Positions 41,334-50,116 of a stretch of 50,300 bases of DNA are shown here, one piece after another. This stretch comes from an uncultured archaeon. Lineage in GTDB: Archaea; Aenigmatarchaeota; Aenigmatarchaeia; CG10238-14; SCSR01. Within the stretch, counting starts at the first letter, position 1. Every line of letters starts with the position of its first letter. The stretch covers positions 1-50,300 of the forward strand of contig CAYRSM010000002.1 of the NCBI GenBank assembly GCA_964427125.1, read 5' to 3'. A program made the translations under genes and the position numbers. The notes under the pieces are model-generated. The model did no database searches and was not told where the DNA came from. It saw only the letters and a list, made by a program, of their open reading frames with translations.

Positions 41334-44300
41334 ATGGCGATGTACGAACCTCTGAAAATCGAGCCGGAGATACTGGAGTTCTGGCAAAAGAGCAGGATAT
41401 TCGACAAGCTTAGGGGAAAGCTGGCAAACTCTAAGAAACGGTTTTCCTTCTTGGACGGCCCAATCACCGCCAACAATCCTATGGGCGTACATCATGCGTG
41501 GGGCAGGACTTACAAGGACGTTTTTCAGCGGTTCTGGGCAATGCGAGGTTTCAACCAGAGGTGGCAGAACGGCTTCGACTGCCAGGGTCTCTGGATAGAA
41601 AGGGAGGTGGAAAAAGAAAGGGGGTTTAAAGGAAAAAGGGACATCGAAAACTTCGGTCTGCTGAATTTCGCAAAAGAGTGCAAGGCAAGAGTGGAAAAAT
41701 TCTCCAAGCTGCAGATAGCGGACTCCGTGCGGCTCGGTCAGTGGATGGATTGGGACAACAATTACTACACCATGACCGACACGAACAACGAGCATAATTG
41801 GATGTTGCTTAAGGAGTACCACAAGAAGGGGTGGCTCTACAAGGGAAAGGACGCAGTACCGTGGTGCCCAAGGTGCGGCACGGCCAGCTCAAAGCATGAC
41901 ATAGTGACAGAGGGGTACAAGGAAGTAACGCATACGGCTTTGTTCATGAAATTTCCTATCGTTGGTAAAAACAAGGAATACATACTTATATTTACAACCA
42001 CTCCTTGGACTGTGCCTGCGAATGTGGCTGCGGCTGTGAACGAAACCCTCGATTATGTGAAGGTCAGGCAGAACGGCGAACTCTACTGGCTGGCCGAAGT
42101 TCGTGCGAAGCATGTTTTGGTCGGGGATTACGAGGTTCTGAAGAAGGTCAGTGGAAAAGACTTGATTGGTATGGTTTATGAGATGCCGTATCCTGACATG
42201 CCAGAACAGGAAAAAGCTCCGCACAAGGTAGTGGGATGGGAGCTTGCGACTGGGGAGGAAGGCACGGGCATAGTACACATAGCGCCAGGCTGCGGTCCGG
42301 AAGACTTCCAGCTGGGCAAAAGGCTGCAGATGCCGTCGCCGTCGCCTCTTGACGAGACTGGCAATTATAGACAGGGTTGGAAATGGCTGGTCGGGGAATA
42401 CGCGACGCTAGCCAACAAAAAAATAATAGAAGACATGAAAAACCGCAGCTTTGTCTACAAGACCGAACCGTACAGGCATCGTTACCCCCATTGCTGGCGT
42501 TGCGGCACGGAACTTGTGTTCAGGCTGGAAGACGAGTGGTACGTAAAGTGCGGCGAGCTGAAGGCCGCGCTAAAGGAGGCGAACGAAAAAATCAAATGGT
42601 ATCCGGAATACGGAAAGGTGAGGCAGGACGACTGGTTCGATGCGATGCACGATTGGCTTATATCGAGGAAGAGGTTCTGGGGTTTGCCGCTGCCGTTCTG
42701 GGAATGCAGCAAATGCGGCAGTCTGGAGGTGATAGGAAGCGTCGCAGAGCTCAGGGCGAAGGCAATCCGAGGGATAGAACAATTACAGGAATTGCACAGG
42801 CCTTGGATAGACAATGTGATTTTAAAGTGTCCGAAATGCGGTGGCGAGACAAGAAGGGTTCCAGATGTGGGTGATGCCTGGCTGGACGCGGGCATTGTGC
42901 CGTTCTCCACCATCGGTCCGTACATGCAGAATAGAAACGAGTGGGAAAAGTGGTATCCGGCGGATTTCATATGCGAAAACATGCCGGGCCAGTACAGGGG
43001 TTGGTTCAATGCTATATTGTGGTCTTCTGTCACCATGACGGGCGTGGCGGCATTCAAGTCGATACTGGGCTATGAGACCGTCAAGGACGAGACTGGCAGG
43101 GAGATGCACAAATCGCTGGGAAACGCCATATGGGCCGGAGACGCGCTAAAGGTGATGGGAGCGGACCCGTTGCGCTGGAGATATTGCCTGCAGGATCCGA
43201 CTGTGGAGTTGTGGTTGGGGTACAGGTCTGCCAATGAAACCAAGAAGACGCTCAACGTGCTGCTTAACATGGGGGATTATGTGAAGGCATTGCTGCCAGA
43301 GGGGTTCGAAGTCAAACGCCCCGTGCCTAAAACCGAAACGGACAGATGGATATTTTCACGCCTAGAGTCGACAAAAAGAGCGGTGACCTTCCATCTGGAA
43401 AATCTGCGGCCAGACCTTGCGGCCGAAGCGCTCCAGAGCTTCTTCTTGGAAGACCTGTCAAGAAGTTACGTTCATTTTGTGCGCGAATCCGTGACCTCGG
43501 AGGACGAAGGGAAGACGCAAGTCACGCAGGTTCTTTACGCGGTCCTGTTGGATACCTTGCGTTTGGCGGCGCCTTTCGTGCCGTTCATAGCAGAAAAGGT
43601 TTATAAAACTGTATTCGAGCTGTTTGAGAAGAAGGAATCGGTTCATCTGCTGGATTGGTCGATCATTGACGAAAGCATGATTGACACGCGACTTGAAGCT
43701 GAGATGGCTAACGTGCAGGGCGTTGTGTCGGGCATACTGGCAGCAAGGGAAAAGATACCTAGGTCGCTGAAGTGGCCGGTAAAGTCCGTGACAATCTTGT
43801 CAAAAAGCAAGGGGCTTGCCGCTGCTATCAAAAAGCACGAAGAGCTTGTCAAAAGGATTGCGAATGTGCTGGAGATAAAATTCGAGGAGAAAATACCGGG
43901 CATGAGATACGGCATTAAAGTAAACCTTAACAAGGCAGGCCCCAGGTTCGGGAAAGACACATACGAGATTGTGTCGGCTGTCAAAAAGCTCTCGTCCGAG
44001 TCCGTGGTTGAGGGTCTGCAAAAGGGCAAAAAGATATCTGTGTTTGTTGCTGGCAAGGAAGTTGACTTGAATAATGACGATTTGATAATCGAGGAGGTCG
44101 TTCCCGAAGGGCTTGTCGGCGGATCTTTCGACGGCCATTCCGTGTATCTGAACACCGAAGAAAACAAGACAATGTTGCAGGCTGGGTTCGCAAGGGAATT
44201 CACTAGGTCGGTTCAGGCTCTTAGGAAAAAGGCTGGTATGCAAAAGCACGACAGGGTGGAACTGTATGTCTACGCGTCTCCGGATTCCAAGGCGGCATTG

Positions 44301-44438
44301 GAAGGCAGGCTGTATGAAATTAAGGAAAAGGTGGGGGCAAGCAAGATTAGCTTTGCTTCTGCGGGAGACACCGAATCAAGGAAATGGCACGATAAGATTT
44401 CTATAAGAGGGTTTGAGTCCAATTTCGGTTTCGGGTAA
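41334..44438 (+). CDS. ileS: Isoleucyl-tRNA synthetase
   Basis: The ATG at 41334 gives MAMYEPLKIEPEILEFW. Motifs seen: a HIGH-region variant PITANNPMGVHHAWGRTYKD, GFDCQGLWIE, WCPRCGTA, HCWRCGTELVFR, DWLISRKRFWGLPLPFWECSKCG and a KMSKS variant EMHKSLGN. The C-terminal domain is FAREFTRSVQALRKK.... Confidence 0.9.
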   Translation: MAMYEPLKIEPEILEFWQKSRIFDKLRGKLANSKKRFSFLDGPITANNPMGVHHAWGRTYKDVFQRFWAMRGFNQRWQNGFDCQGLWIEREVEKERGFKGKRDIENFGLLNFAKECKARVEKFSKLQIADSVRLGQWMDWDNNYYTMTDTNNEHNWMLLKEYHKKGWLYKGKDAVPWCPRCGTASSKHDIVTEGYKEVTHTALFMKFPIVGKNKEYILIFTTTPWTVPANVAAAVNETLDYVKVRQNGELYWLAEVRAKHVLVGDYEVLKKVSGKDLIGMVYEMPYPDMPEQEKAPHKVVGWELATGEEGTGIVHIAPGCGPEDFQLGKRLQMPSPSPLDETGNYRQGWKWLVGEYATLANKKIIEDMKNRSFVYKTEPYRHRYPHCWRCGTELVFRLEDEWYVKCGELKAALKEANEKIKWYPEYGKVRQDDWFDAMHDWLISRKRFWGLPLPFWECSKCGSLEVIGSVAELRAKAIRGIEQLQELHRPWIDNVILKCPKCGGETRRVPDVGDAWLDAGIVPFSTIGPYMQNRNEWEKWYPADFICENMPGQYRGWFNAILWSSVTMTGVAAFKSILGYETVKDETGREMHKSLGNAIWAGDALKVMGADPLRWRYCLQDPTVELWLGYRSANETKKTLNVLLNMGDYVKALLPEGFEVKRPVPKTETDRWIFSRLESTKRAVTFHLENLRPDLAAEALQSFFLEDLSRSYVHFVRESVTSEDEGKTQVTQVLYAVLLDTLRLAAPFVPFIAEKVYKTVFELFEKKESVHLLDWSIIDESMIDTRLEAEMANVQGVVSGILAAREKIPRSLKWPVKSVTILSKSKGLAAAIKKHEELVKRIANVLEIKFEEKIPGMRYGIKVNLNKAGPRFGKDTYEIVSAVKKLSSESVVEGLQKGKKISVFVAGKEVDLNNDDLIIEEVVPEGLVGGSFDGHSVYLNTEENKTMLQAGFAREFTRSVQALRKKAGMQKHDRVELYVYASPDSKAALEGRLYEIKEKVGASKISFASAGDTESRKWHDKISIRGFESNFGFG

Positions 44439-44610
44439 TTTCACACACATTCCCTGTCCCAAAACTGCTGCACGGTCTCTTCGTTCTTTCCCAGCTGTTC
44501 GAACTGCGACATAAAGTCTATTTTGGCTGTAAAAGAAGTTAAAAATTAAGGTCCGTCGGCTTTCCGCTTCAGGTATATTTTTATCCTTGATTCGACAAAA
44601 TCTAGTTTAT

Positions 44611-46788
44611 ATGGGCGCTTTCACCGACGCCACCAAAAGGCTCGAGGAAAACCTGAGAAAGTCAGAATTCCTGTCTGATAGGTACAAAGACACCGGCATC
44701 AGGGAGAAAATAGAGCAGATGAAAAGGCGTGCCGTGGGCGCTGACAGCGGCGTGAAGCTCGACCAACTCGCTTGGTACGACGCCGAATCGGAGATGCGCC
44801 GCATAATAGAGCACTATGCGTCCACCAGCACATTCGCAGGGCTTTTCGGAGAGATAGGAGAAATGAAAAAGTCCGGTGCACTTTCAAAGCCGGCAGCGGG
44901 TGGCGGGGCAAGTCCGGCCGCGTTGCAGGCCAAGGTGCTGGGAGAGGCGCTGGCAAAGGGCTTCAGGGAGAACAGGAGGAGCATAGCTTGGATAGTCCTT
45001 ATAATCAGCGTCGCGCTTCTTGTCTGGATACTTGTGGACGTCCTGTTCGGCTTCGTACAGACGCCGTTCGGCACCCTTGTCAGGAACTCGCTGGAGCAGT
45101 ACATACCCATAAATGAGTTCAAGACGGGCCTGAGCAACCAGATGTGCATTCTCGGATGCTATGCCACCGGCATAACTAGCGTCGCAAGCTGGACGGCGGC
45201 CGGGGGGCTGGACAAGTACTGTCAGCTGACCTGCAAGACGACCGCCCAGGCCGAACAGCTCGGGTGCACGAACTGTTACGCCCTGACGCCCGGCTTGGAG
45301 GAGCCTACACCCATACCGTTGGTCAGCGATACGATAAAGATGTCGATAGGCACGCCCGAGGGCAAACGGTACTCGTGGGGTGTGGGGGGAACCAGCGTGA
45401 TTGTGCCAATACCTCCGGCCCAGGACCCGACCGTCAGCGTGACAAGCAACGATTTTGTGGCGTCTATAAACGAGCAATATATGTGCGCCAATTTCGACAA
45501 CAGCAAGCCGAACATATGTAAGATAAGCTCGCCCATCGGGCCTTACGACGTCCCAGTGAAGCTCAGCGCAGACTTCAAGGCGCCGTGCAAGCCGTCCGCT
45601 CAGTACAGCGTGACGTTTACATACACTTACAACGTGACAGGGTTGAGCTTCCTAAAGTTCGCGGCCAAGAACTACAAAGGCACGATAGCCACGCCGCAGC
45701 CTACTAGCAGCCCCGGCCCGCTGAGCTTCAACGCGGAGCCGTACAGTGACGTCTATCCGACCGATGCGACCGAGGCCAGGGTGACCTTCAGCCTCATAAA
45801 CCAGGGAAGCGCCACAAGCAGGATCAAGGTGAACAGCATCACTGTCAACCAGGTGGCTCCATCAGGGTACAGCAACCTTGTGCTGACCGACTGCATAGAG
45901 GCCACGGCAAAGCCTACCAGTGGCGGGTCTTACGAGCTGGAACTGACGCCGTCCGTCCAGCCCGGCTCTGAGAACGCGGTGAACTTCCACTGCAGCTTTA
46001 GCTTGCCCAGCGACCTGAAGCAGAAGCTGACGCAGTCCGCATACTACACAATCCTGGCTACAGCCAAGTACACGTACACGGACAATGTTGTGGGCGACAC
46101 TGTTTATCCGGATCCGAGGTACAGGTGCACGGTATCGCTGAAGGACTGGAACATGCTGCCGTGCATAGATTCGACAGGGAAACCTACTAATTACAACACA
46201 GGGGCTTGCAACTCCCCTGACAGCAGCGGCAACGCATGGAACGTATACAGTTTTGACGATTTCCAGTGGAACAAGGTGACACTGCCCGACACCAGCTGGG
46301 GGTGCACAAACTGCGACAGGCTGTACAGGCTCGACAACGTCATCTGGGACGGGACGAAGGACGTGTGGCTCAACGTAAGCAGCGAGGATGCTGCGAGGTG
46401 CTGGGTGTCGAACAAGAATAGCGCCGCTCCAGTACCTGTGACAGGTTGCCTGCCAAAGACTTGTGTCAGCGGAAAGGATACGATACCCTGCAGCCAGTGC
46501 ACCTATGTAGTAGGCGGCAGCTGCCTGCCCGGCAATTTCGGATGCTCCTGCTCGGCCTACTCGTCTGGCGGCGGATGGGGCGACCTCAGCTCCGACGACG
46601 GCACGTTTTACAGCGCCAACAGGACGATGTCGAACCCGCCCTACAAGTGCAAGATAGGCGACAGCTCCAACGTGGGAAATTCCATCCTGTCTGTCCCCAG
46701 CGGGGGTCCCGCCGCCAACACGATAGCGTGCCAGGCACACAACACCGGGGCAACGACAGGCAGCGGCTTTAGCGTGAACGTCGGTTAA
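44611..46788 (+). CDS. Large type II membrane protein with a cytoplasmic helical N-terminus, a single TM and a ~590-aa Cys-rich extracellular region
   Basis: MGAFTDATKRLEENLRK... is followed by the TM IAWIVLIISVALLVWILVDVLFGF. The ectodomain has many Cys (CILGC, CQLTC, CTNC, CPKTCVSGKDTIPCSQC, CLPGNFGCSC). No family recognised. Confidence 0.6.
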   Translation: MGAFTDATKRLEENLRKSEFLSDRYKDTGIREKIEQMKRRAVGADSGVKLDQLAWYDAESEMRRIIEHYASTSTFAGLFGEIGEMKKSGALSKPAAGGGASPAALQAKVLGEALAKGFRENRRSIAWIVLIISVALLVWILVDVLFGFVQTPFGTLVRNSLEQYIPINEFKTGLSNQMCILGCYATGITSVASWTAAGGLDKYCQLTCKTTAQAEQLGCTNCYALTPGLEEPTPIPLVSDTIKMSIGTPEGKRYSWGVGGTSVIVPIPPAQDPTVSVTSNDFVASINEQYMCANFDNSKPNICKISSPIGPYDVPVKLSADFKAPCKPSAQYSVTFTYTYNVTGLSFLKFAAKNYKGTIATPQPTSSPGPLSFNAEPYSDVYPTDATEARVTFSLINQGSATSRIKVNSITVNQVAPSGYSNLVLTDCIEATAKPTSGGSYELELTPSVQPGSENAVNFHCSFSLPSDLKQKLTQSAYYTILATAKYTYTDNVVGDTVYPDPRYRCTVSLKDWNMLPCIDSTGKPTNYNTGACNSPDSSGNAWNVYSFDDFQWNKVTLPDTSWGCTNCDRLYRLDNVIWDGTKDVWLNVSSEDAARCWVSNKNSAAPVPVTGCLPKTCVSGKDTIPCSQCTYVVGGSCLPGNFGCSCSAYSSGGGWGDLSSDDGTFYSANRTMSNPPYKCKIGDSSNVGNSILSVPSGGPAANTIACQAHNTGATTGSGFSVNVG

Positions 46789-46959
46789 AAAAAGGATGCG
46801 CCGGCGGCAGGATTTTCCGACCTTTTCGGTCTTTTGAACCTGCAAGTCCAAAGGACGCCAGTTTTCGAGATTCACCATTTACTTCTGGTGCACTACCTGG
46901 TTATGCTACGCCGGCAGCAATTAAAGATATTGTCGGAGTTCTTTAAAGATATTTCCCAC

Positions 46960-47343
46960 TTACAGCTTTAGTCTTGTACCCAAAAATATCAGGGCGAAGT
47001 CGGCAAGCCCGATCAGCGCCGACGGCAGAGGCGCGTGCGAAATCAGGAAGCTGGCCGCGAACAGCACGACTGGCCTGAGTATAATGCCGAATATGAGACC
47101 GCTTATCACGAAGCTCAGCAAAAGTTCCAGCCCGAACATACCCGCGAGTATGAGGGAAAACAGGAGGCCGAACGTCTGGTAGAAAAACACGCTCAGCGCG
47201 AGCACACCCACCTTCACAAACATGCTCATGATCTCGAACCCCAGCACGAAGAGCAGAGCCCGCGCTATCAGGTCCAAGCCCAGCGGGTTTGCCCAGGCTG
47301 CGGAAATAAGCGCCAGTCCAATTATGTCCTTTGCGAACCCCAT
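46960..47343 (-). CDS. Hypothetical 4-TM membrane protein
   Basis: The 127-aa ORF is almost entirely hydrophobic segments. Confidence 0.5.
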   Translation of the reverse strand: MGFAKDIIGLALISAAWANPLGLDLIARALLFVLGFEIMSMFVKVGVLALSVFFYQTFGLLFSLILAGMFGLELLLSFVISGLIFGIILRPVVLFAASFLISHAPLPSALIGLADFALIFLGTRLKL

Positions 47344-47380
47344 GGATAGCTTTTAGCCTGCGGCTCCGATAAATTTCTTT

Positions 47381-47818
47381 ATGCGGAACATAAGCTGGAA
47401 CGAAGCCACGGAAATGTGTCACAAGCTCTCCGATGCAATCAAAGCGGATTGCTATTCACCAGACATCATAATCGGGATAACCAGAGGAGGACTTGTGCCG
47501 TTGGCGATAGTCTCCTACGACCTGAATGTCAGGAACATACAGACGATTGCGCTCAGATTTTACAACGAGGACAAGCGTTCAGGTCAAGTGGAACAGCTGG
47601 TGCCGCTTCATCTGGACGACTTGGCAAAGTATGTGAAAGTGCTGGTGGTCGATGATGTCGCCGACACAGGAGAAACTATAGGGTATGTCCTTTCAAAGCT
47701 GGAAAACAGGGAGGTGCGCGTGGCCACGCTGATGTACAAGCCCAAAAACTCAAAGGTGAAGCCCGACTATTTCGTGGAGGAGACAGACGACTGGGTAAAC
47801 TTCCCCTGGGGCGTTTGA
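47381..47818 (+). CDS. Purine phosphoribosyltransferase (Gpt/Hpt-like type I PRTase)
   Basis: The PRPP loop is VLVVDDVADTGET. Also present are IIGITRGGLVPL and YFVEETDDWVNFPW. Confidence 0.8.
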   Translation: MRNISWNEATEMCHKLSDAIKADCYSPDIIIGITRGGLVPLAIVSYDLNVRNIQTIALRFYNEDKRSGQVEQLVPLHLDDLAKYVKVLVVDDVADTGETIGYVLSKLENREVRVATLMYKPKNSKVKPDYFVEETDDWVNFPWGV

Positions 47819-47819
47819 G

Positions 47820-47925
47820 TGCAGGGGGAGAGATTTGAACTCTCGAAGGGACTAACCCACAGGCTCCTGAAGCAGACGCTGTATTTTCTACATCTGCGCC
47901 ATAGACCAGACTAGGCGACCCCTGC
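47820..47925 (-). tRNA. tRNA-Leu(CAG) with a 20-nt non-canonical intron at 29/30 (106 nt; 86 nt mature)
   Basis: GCAGGGG TC GCC TAGTCTGGTCTAT GGC G CAG[ATGTAGAAAATACAGCGTCT]GC TTCAGGA GCCTG TGGGTTAGTCCCTTC GAGAG TTCAAAT CTCTC CCCCTGC A. Removing the intron gives a perfect anticodon stem CAGGC/GCCTG. Confidence 0.8.
47874..47893 (-). other. tRNA intron (20 nt) at position 29/30 with a BHB motif
   Basis: The motif is GCGC|AG^A|TGTA-GAAAA-TACA|GCGT|CT^G. It has a 4-bp central helix (one G-U), two 3-nt bulges and a 4-bp hairpin with a 5-nt A-rich loop. Confidence 0.7.
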
Positions 47926-47942
47926 GTGTAATTATCATTGTC

Positions 47943-48812
47943 CTAGGAGACTTTAAAATCTATGCAGACCTTGAAAGTCCTCGGGGCATAGGGCAGCACC
48001 TTCTTCTCGTTCATTATCTCATAGCTCCTGTCAAGCTTTTTTGCGGCCTTTTCCACCTTCTTGATGGCATCGGTGAACGGGTCTCCCTCCTTCCCCCAAC
48101 TGTAAAAGTGCACGATTCCCCCTTCCTTCTTCAGGCACCTTATCGCGATGTCCAGAAAATCCTCGGCTCCTAGCGGAAGAGGCATCATTACCCTGTCGCA
48201 CGTCCCGTAGAACCTCGGGCACACGTCTTTTACATCGCCAAGCACCGGCATGAACCTGCTCTCCTCTATCTTGTTCAACTTCATGTTCTCTATCGCGTAC
48301 TCTACCGCGTCTGGGTTCATCTCCACGGCTATGACCTTCTTCACCCTCGGCTGGTGCTTTGCAATCTGTATCGCGTACGGCGCCACGCCGGAAAACATTA
48401 CCATCACGGTCTCGCCCGGCTTTACCTGGCTCACTACCCTCTGCCTCTCTGTGGCCTCGCGCGGTGAGAAATACGTCTTCCTGGGGTCGAGTTTGAACAC
48501 ACAGCCGTACTCCTTGTGCAGGACCTCCGTGTTGTGGTTCCCTATGATGAGCTCGTACTCCCTCAGCCTGAACTTGCCCTGCCTCTCTGTCACCTTTTTG
48601 AGGACTGACTTTACGTTCTTGTTCATTCTCATTATCTCAAGAGATATGTCTCCAGCGCGGTCCTTCTGGTCGTCCGGGATATCCACTATTGCAACAGCCT
48701 TTTCCTTCGAACCTATCAGGTCAAAACCTCCCACCCTGACGGGCCCGGACTTTTTCCAAGCAAAAAGCCTCTTCAGTGTGTCCCAAAAATTATTCTGCTT
48801 TCCACTCGACAT
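47943..48812 (-). CDS. trm5: tRNA (guanine37-N1)-methyltransferase Trm5 (Met_10 family)
   Basis: FDLIGSKEKAVAIVDIP..., CVFKLDPRKTYFSPREATERQRV, the SAM site ETVMVMFSGVAPYAI and DRVMMPLP are present. The ATG at 48812 is preferred; 48839 is possible. Confidence 0.8.
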   Translation of the reverse strand: MSSGKQNNFWDTLKRLFAWKKSGPVRVGGFDLIGSKEKAVAIVDIPDDQKDRAGDISLEIMRMNKNVKSVLKKVTERQGKFRLREYELIIGNHNTEVLHKEYGCVFKLDPRKTYFSPREATERQRVVSQVKPGETVMVMFSGVAPYAIQIAKHQPRVKKVIAVEMNPDAVEYAIENMKLNKIEESRFMPVLGDVKDVCPRFYGTCDRVMMPLPLGAEDFLDIAIRCLKKEGGIVHFYSWGKEGDPFTDAIKKVEKAAKKLDRSYEIMNEKKVLPYAPRTFKVCIDFKVS

Positions 48813-49326
48813 CTTCCACACCCTCCTTGTCGTTTGCATACCTCGCCATGTCGTACAGCACGTCCGACAGGCGGTTCACATAAGGGATTATGTTTTCGTT
48901 AAGCTTGACCTTTTCGTTGACCGCCGACACGCTGGTCTCGACCCTCCTGCACACGGCCCTAGTTACATGGAGCAGCGATGCGAGCTGTGTCCCGTCAGGA
49001 ATGATGAACCTCGTCAGTTCCGGCAGTTGTCCCTCCAAATCGACTATGGCCTGGTCGAGAAACTGGACCATTTCCTTTGTTGTAGTCGTCTGCGGTTTCT
49101 GCCCGGCTATCTGAGAACTCATCTCGGAGCCGATGGAAAAGATGCCCCTCTGGACACTTTCGAGTATGCGGTTGATTAGCTCGTCGCTGTTGAAGGATTT
49201 GCACAGTCCGATGAAACTGTTCAGCTCGTCAAACCCGCCAAGAGCCTCGACATAGCAGTCTGACTTGCTGACCTCCTTGCCGAAAATCCTTGTGGTTCCC
49301 TTGTCGCCCAAGTGTACCTTTTTCAT
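48790..49326 (-). CDS. ATP:cob(I)alamin adenosyltransferase, PduO type
   Basis: GDKGTTRIFGKEVSKSDCYVEALGGFDELNSFIGL... and FIIPDGTQLASLLHVTRAVCRRVE...YVNRLSDVLYDMAR are present. Confidence 0.8.
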   Translation of the reverse strand: MKKVHLGDKGTTRIFGKEVSKSDCYVEALGGFDELNSFIGLCKSFNSDELINRILESVQRGIFSIGSEMSSQIAGQKPQTTTTKEMVQFLDQAIVDLEGQLPELTRFIIPDGTQLASLLHVTRAVCRRVETSVSAVNEKVKLNENIIPYVNRLSDVLYDMARYANDKEGVEDVEWKAE

Positions 49327-49377
49327 AAATTAATTATGCTAATGGGTTTTCTAATTGTTATATTCTTAGAAATTTGT

Positions 49378-49605
49378 CTAAAAAACAAATACACCAGCTA
49401 TAATTATAACAAACCCAACAATGCCCGTGATGTTTAAAATCATGGCGGTTTGTTGAGAAGATTTAATGGCATCCTGACACGATGGGGTCGAAGCCAAATA
49501 AAGAAGTTGACACTTGGCAGCCGTTTGCAATTCTGGAAATGAGAAAATGGCTATAACGGTGGCCAATATAAGCATAATACCGACAAAGACTACGCGACCG
49601 TTCAT
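49378..49605 (-). CDS. Small two-TM membrane protein
   Basis: MNGRVVFVGIMLILATVIAIFSF...ITGIVGFVIIIAGVFVF, with two Cys in the loop. Confidence 0.45.
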   Translation of the reverse strand: MNGRVVFVGIMLILATVIAIFSFPELQTAAKCQLLYLASTPSCQDAIKSSQQTAMILNITGIVGFVIIIAGVFVF

Positions 49606-49666
49606 AACAACCAGTCTGTAGGCTTAAATATTAATATATATAATATATATAATATAATTTAGTGTA

Positions 49667-50116
49667 TTGAAAATGGCTGTAATAGAAAATCTGAGTTGCC
49701 AAGATACAATTGACATAACGAAACTTTTGCCGGACGCGTTGCCGAGCGGGAAAAGGATATTGTGGAAGGATGCGGAAAACGGTATGGTAGAGATTTACTG
49801 CGACAAACGTTCTGCGAGGGGAGGCACGCCGAAGAGCATAGTTGTTAAGCGGGCCGTCACGATTGATGAATTGTTGTTTGAAGGACTTGGACTGCGGTTT
49901 GGCGACGGGATCAAGTTACAAGGCGGAAAAATGAAGGTTTTCGGGTTTTCTAATACCAGTCTGGATTTGCACAAGCATTTTTTGAGATTCTCAGGCGAGA
50001 GCTTTGGGTTGGACTCGAAAGGATTCCGGGTAGCGATGACAATGCCTCCGAAATTGGAAAATAAAATGAAAGAAATCGAAGCAAATGTTTCTGATGAACT
50101 TTGTTGGGTATGTTAG
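49667..50116 (+). pseudogene. LAGLIDADG homing-endonuclease-like gene, N-terminal half (first motif), ending at a stop that the homology reads through in the -1 frame
   Basis: The first motif is ELLFEGLGLRFGDGIKLQGGKMKVFGFSNTSLDLHKHFLRF. The ORF stops at TAG 50114-50116. A very AT-rich 60-bp leader precedes it. Confidence 0.45.

Noticed and set aside
44443-44511. 23-aa minus-strand ORF (MSQFEQLGKNEETVQQFWDRECV) in the ileS downstream spacer
   Set aside because: It is too short, with no motif and no ribosome-binding site that I could see. It cannot be supported without conservation data.
45862-46878. 338-aa minus-strand ORF antisense to the Cys-rich membrane protein gene
   Set aside because: Its Arg/Ala/Gly/Val-rich composition is typical of a GC-rich antisense frame. 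It has no motifs, and the plus-strand product has a coherent TM plus ectodomain architecture.
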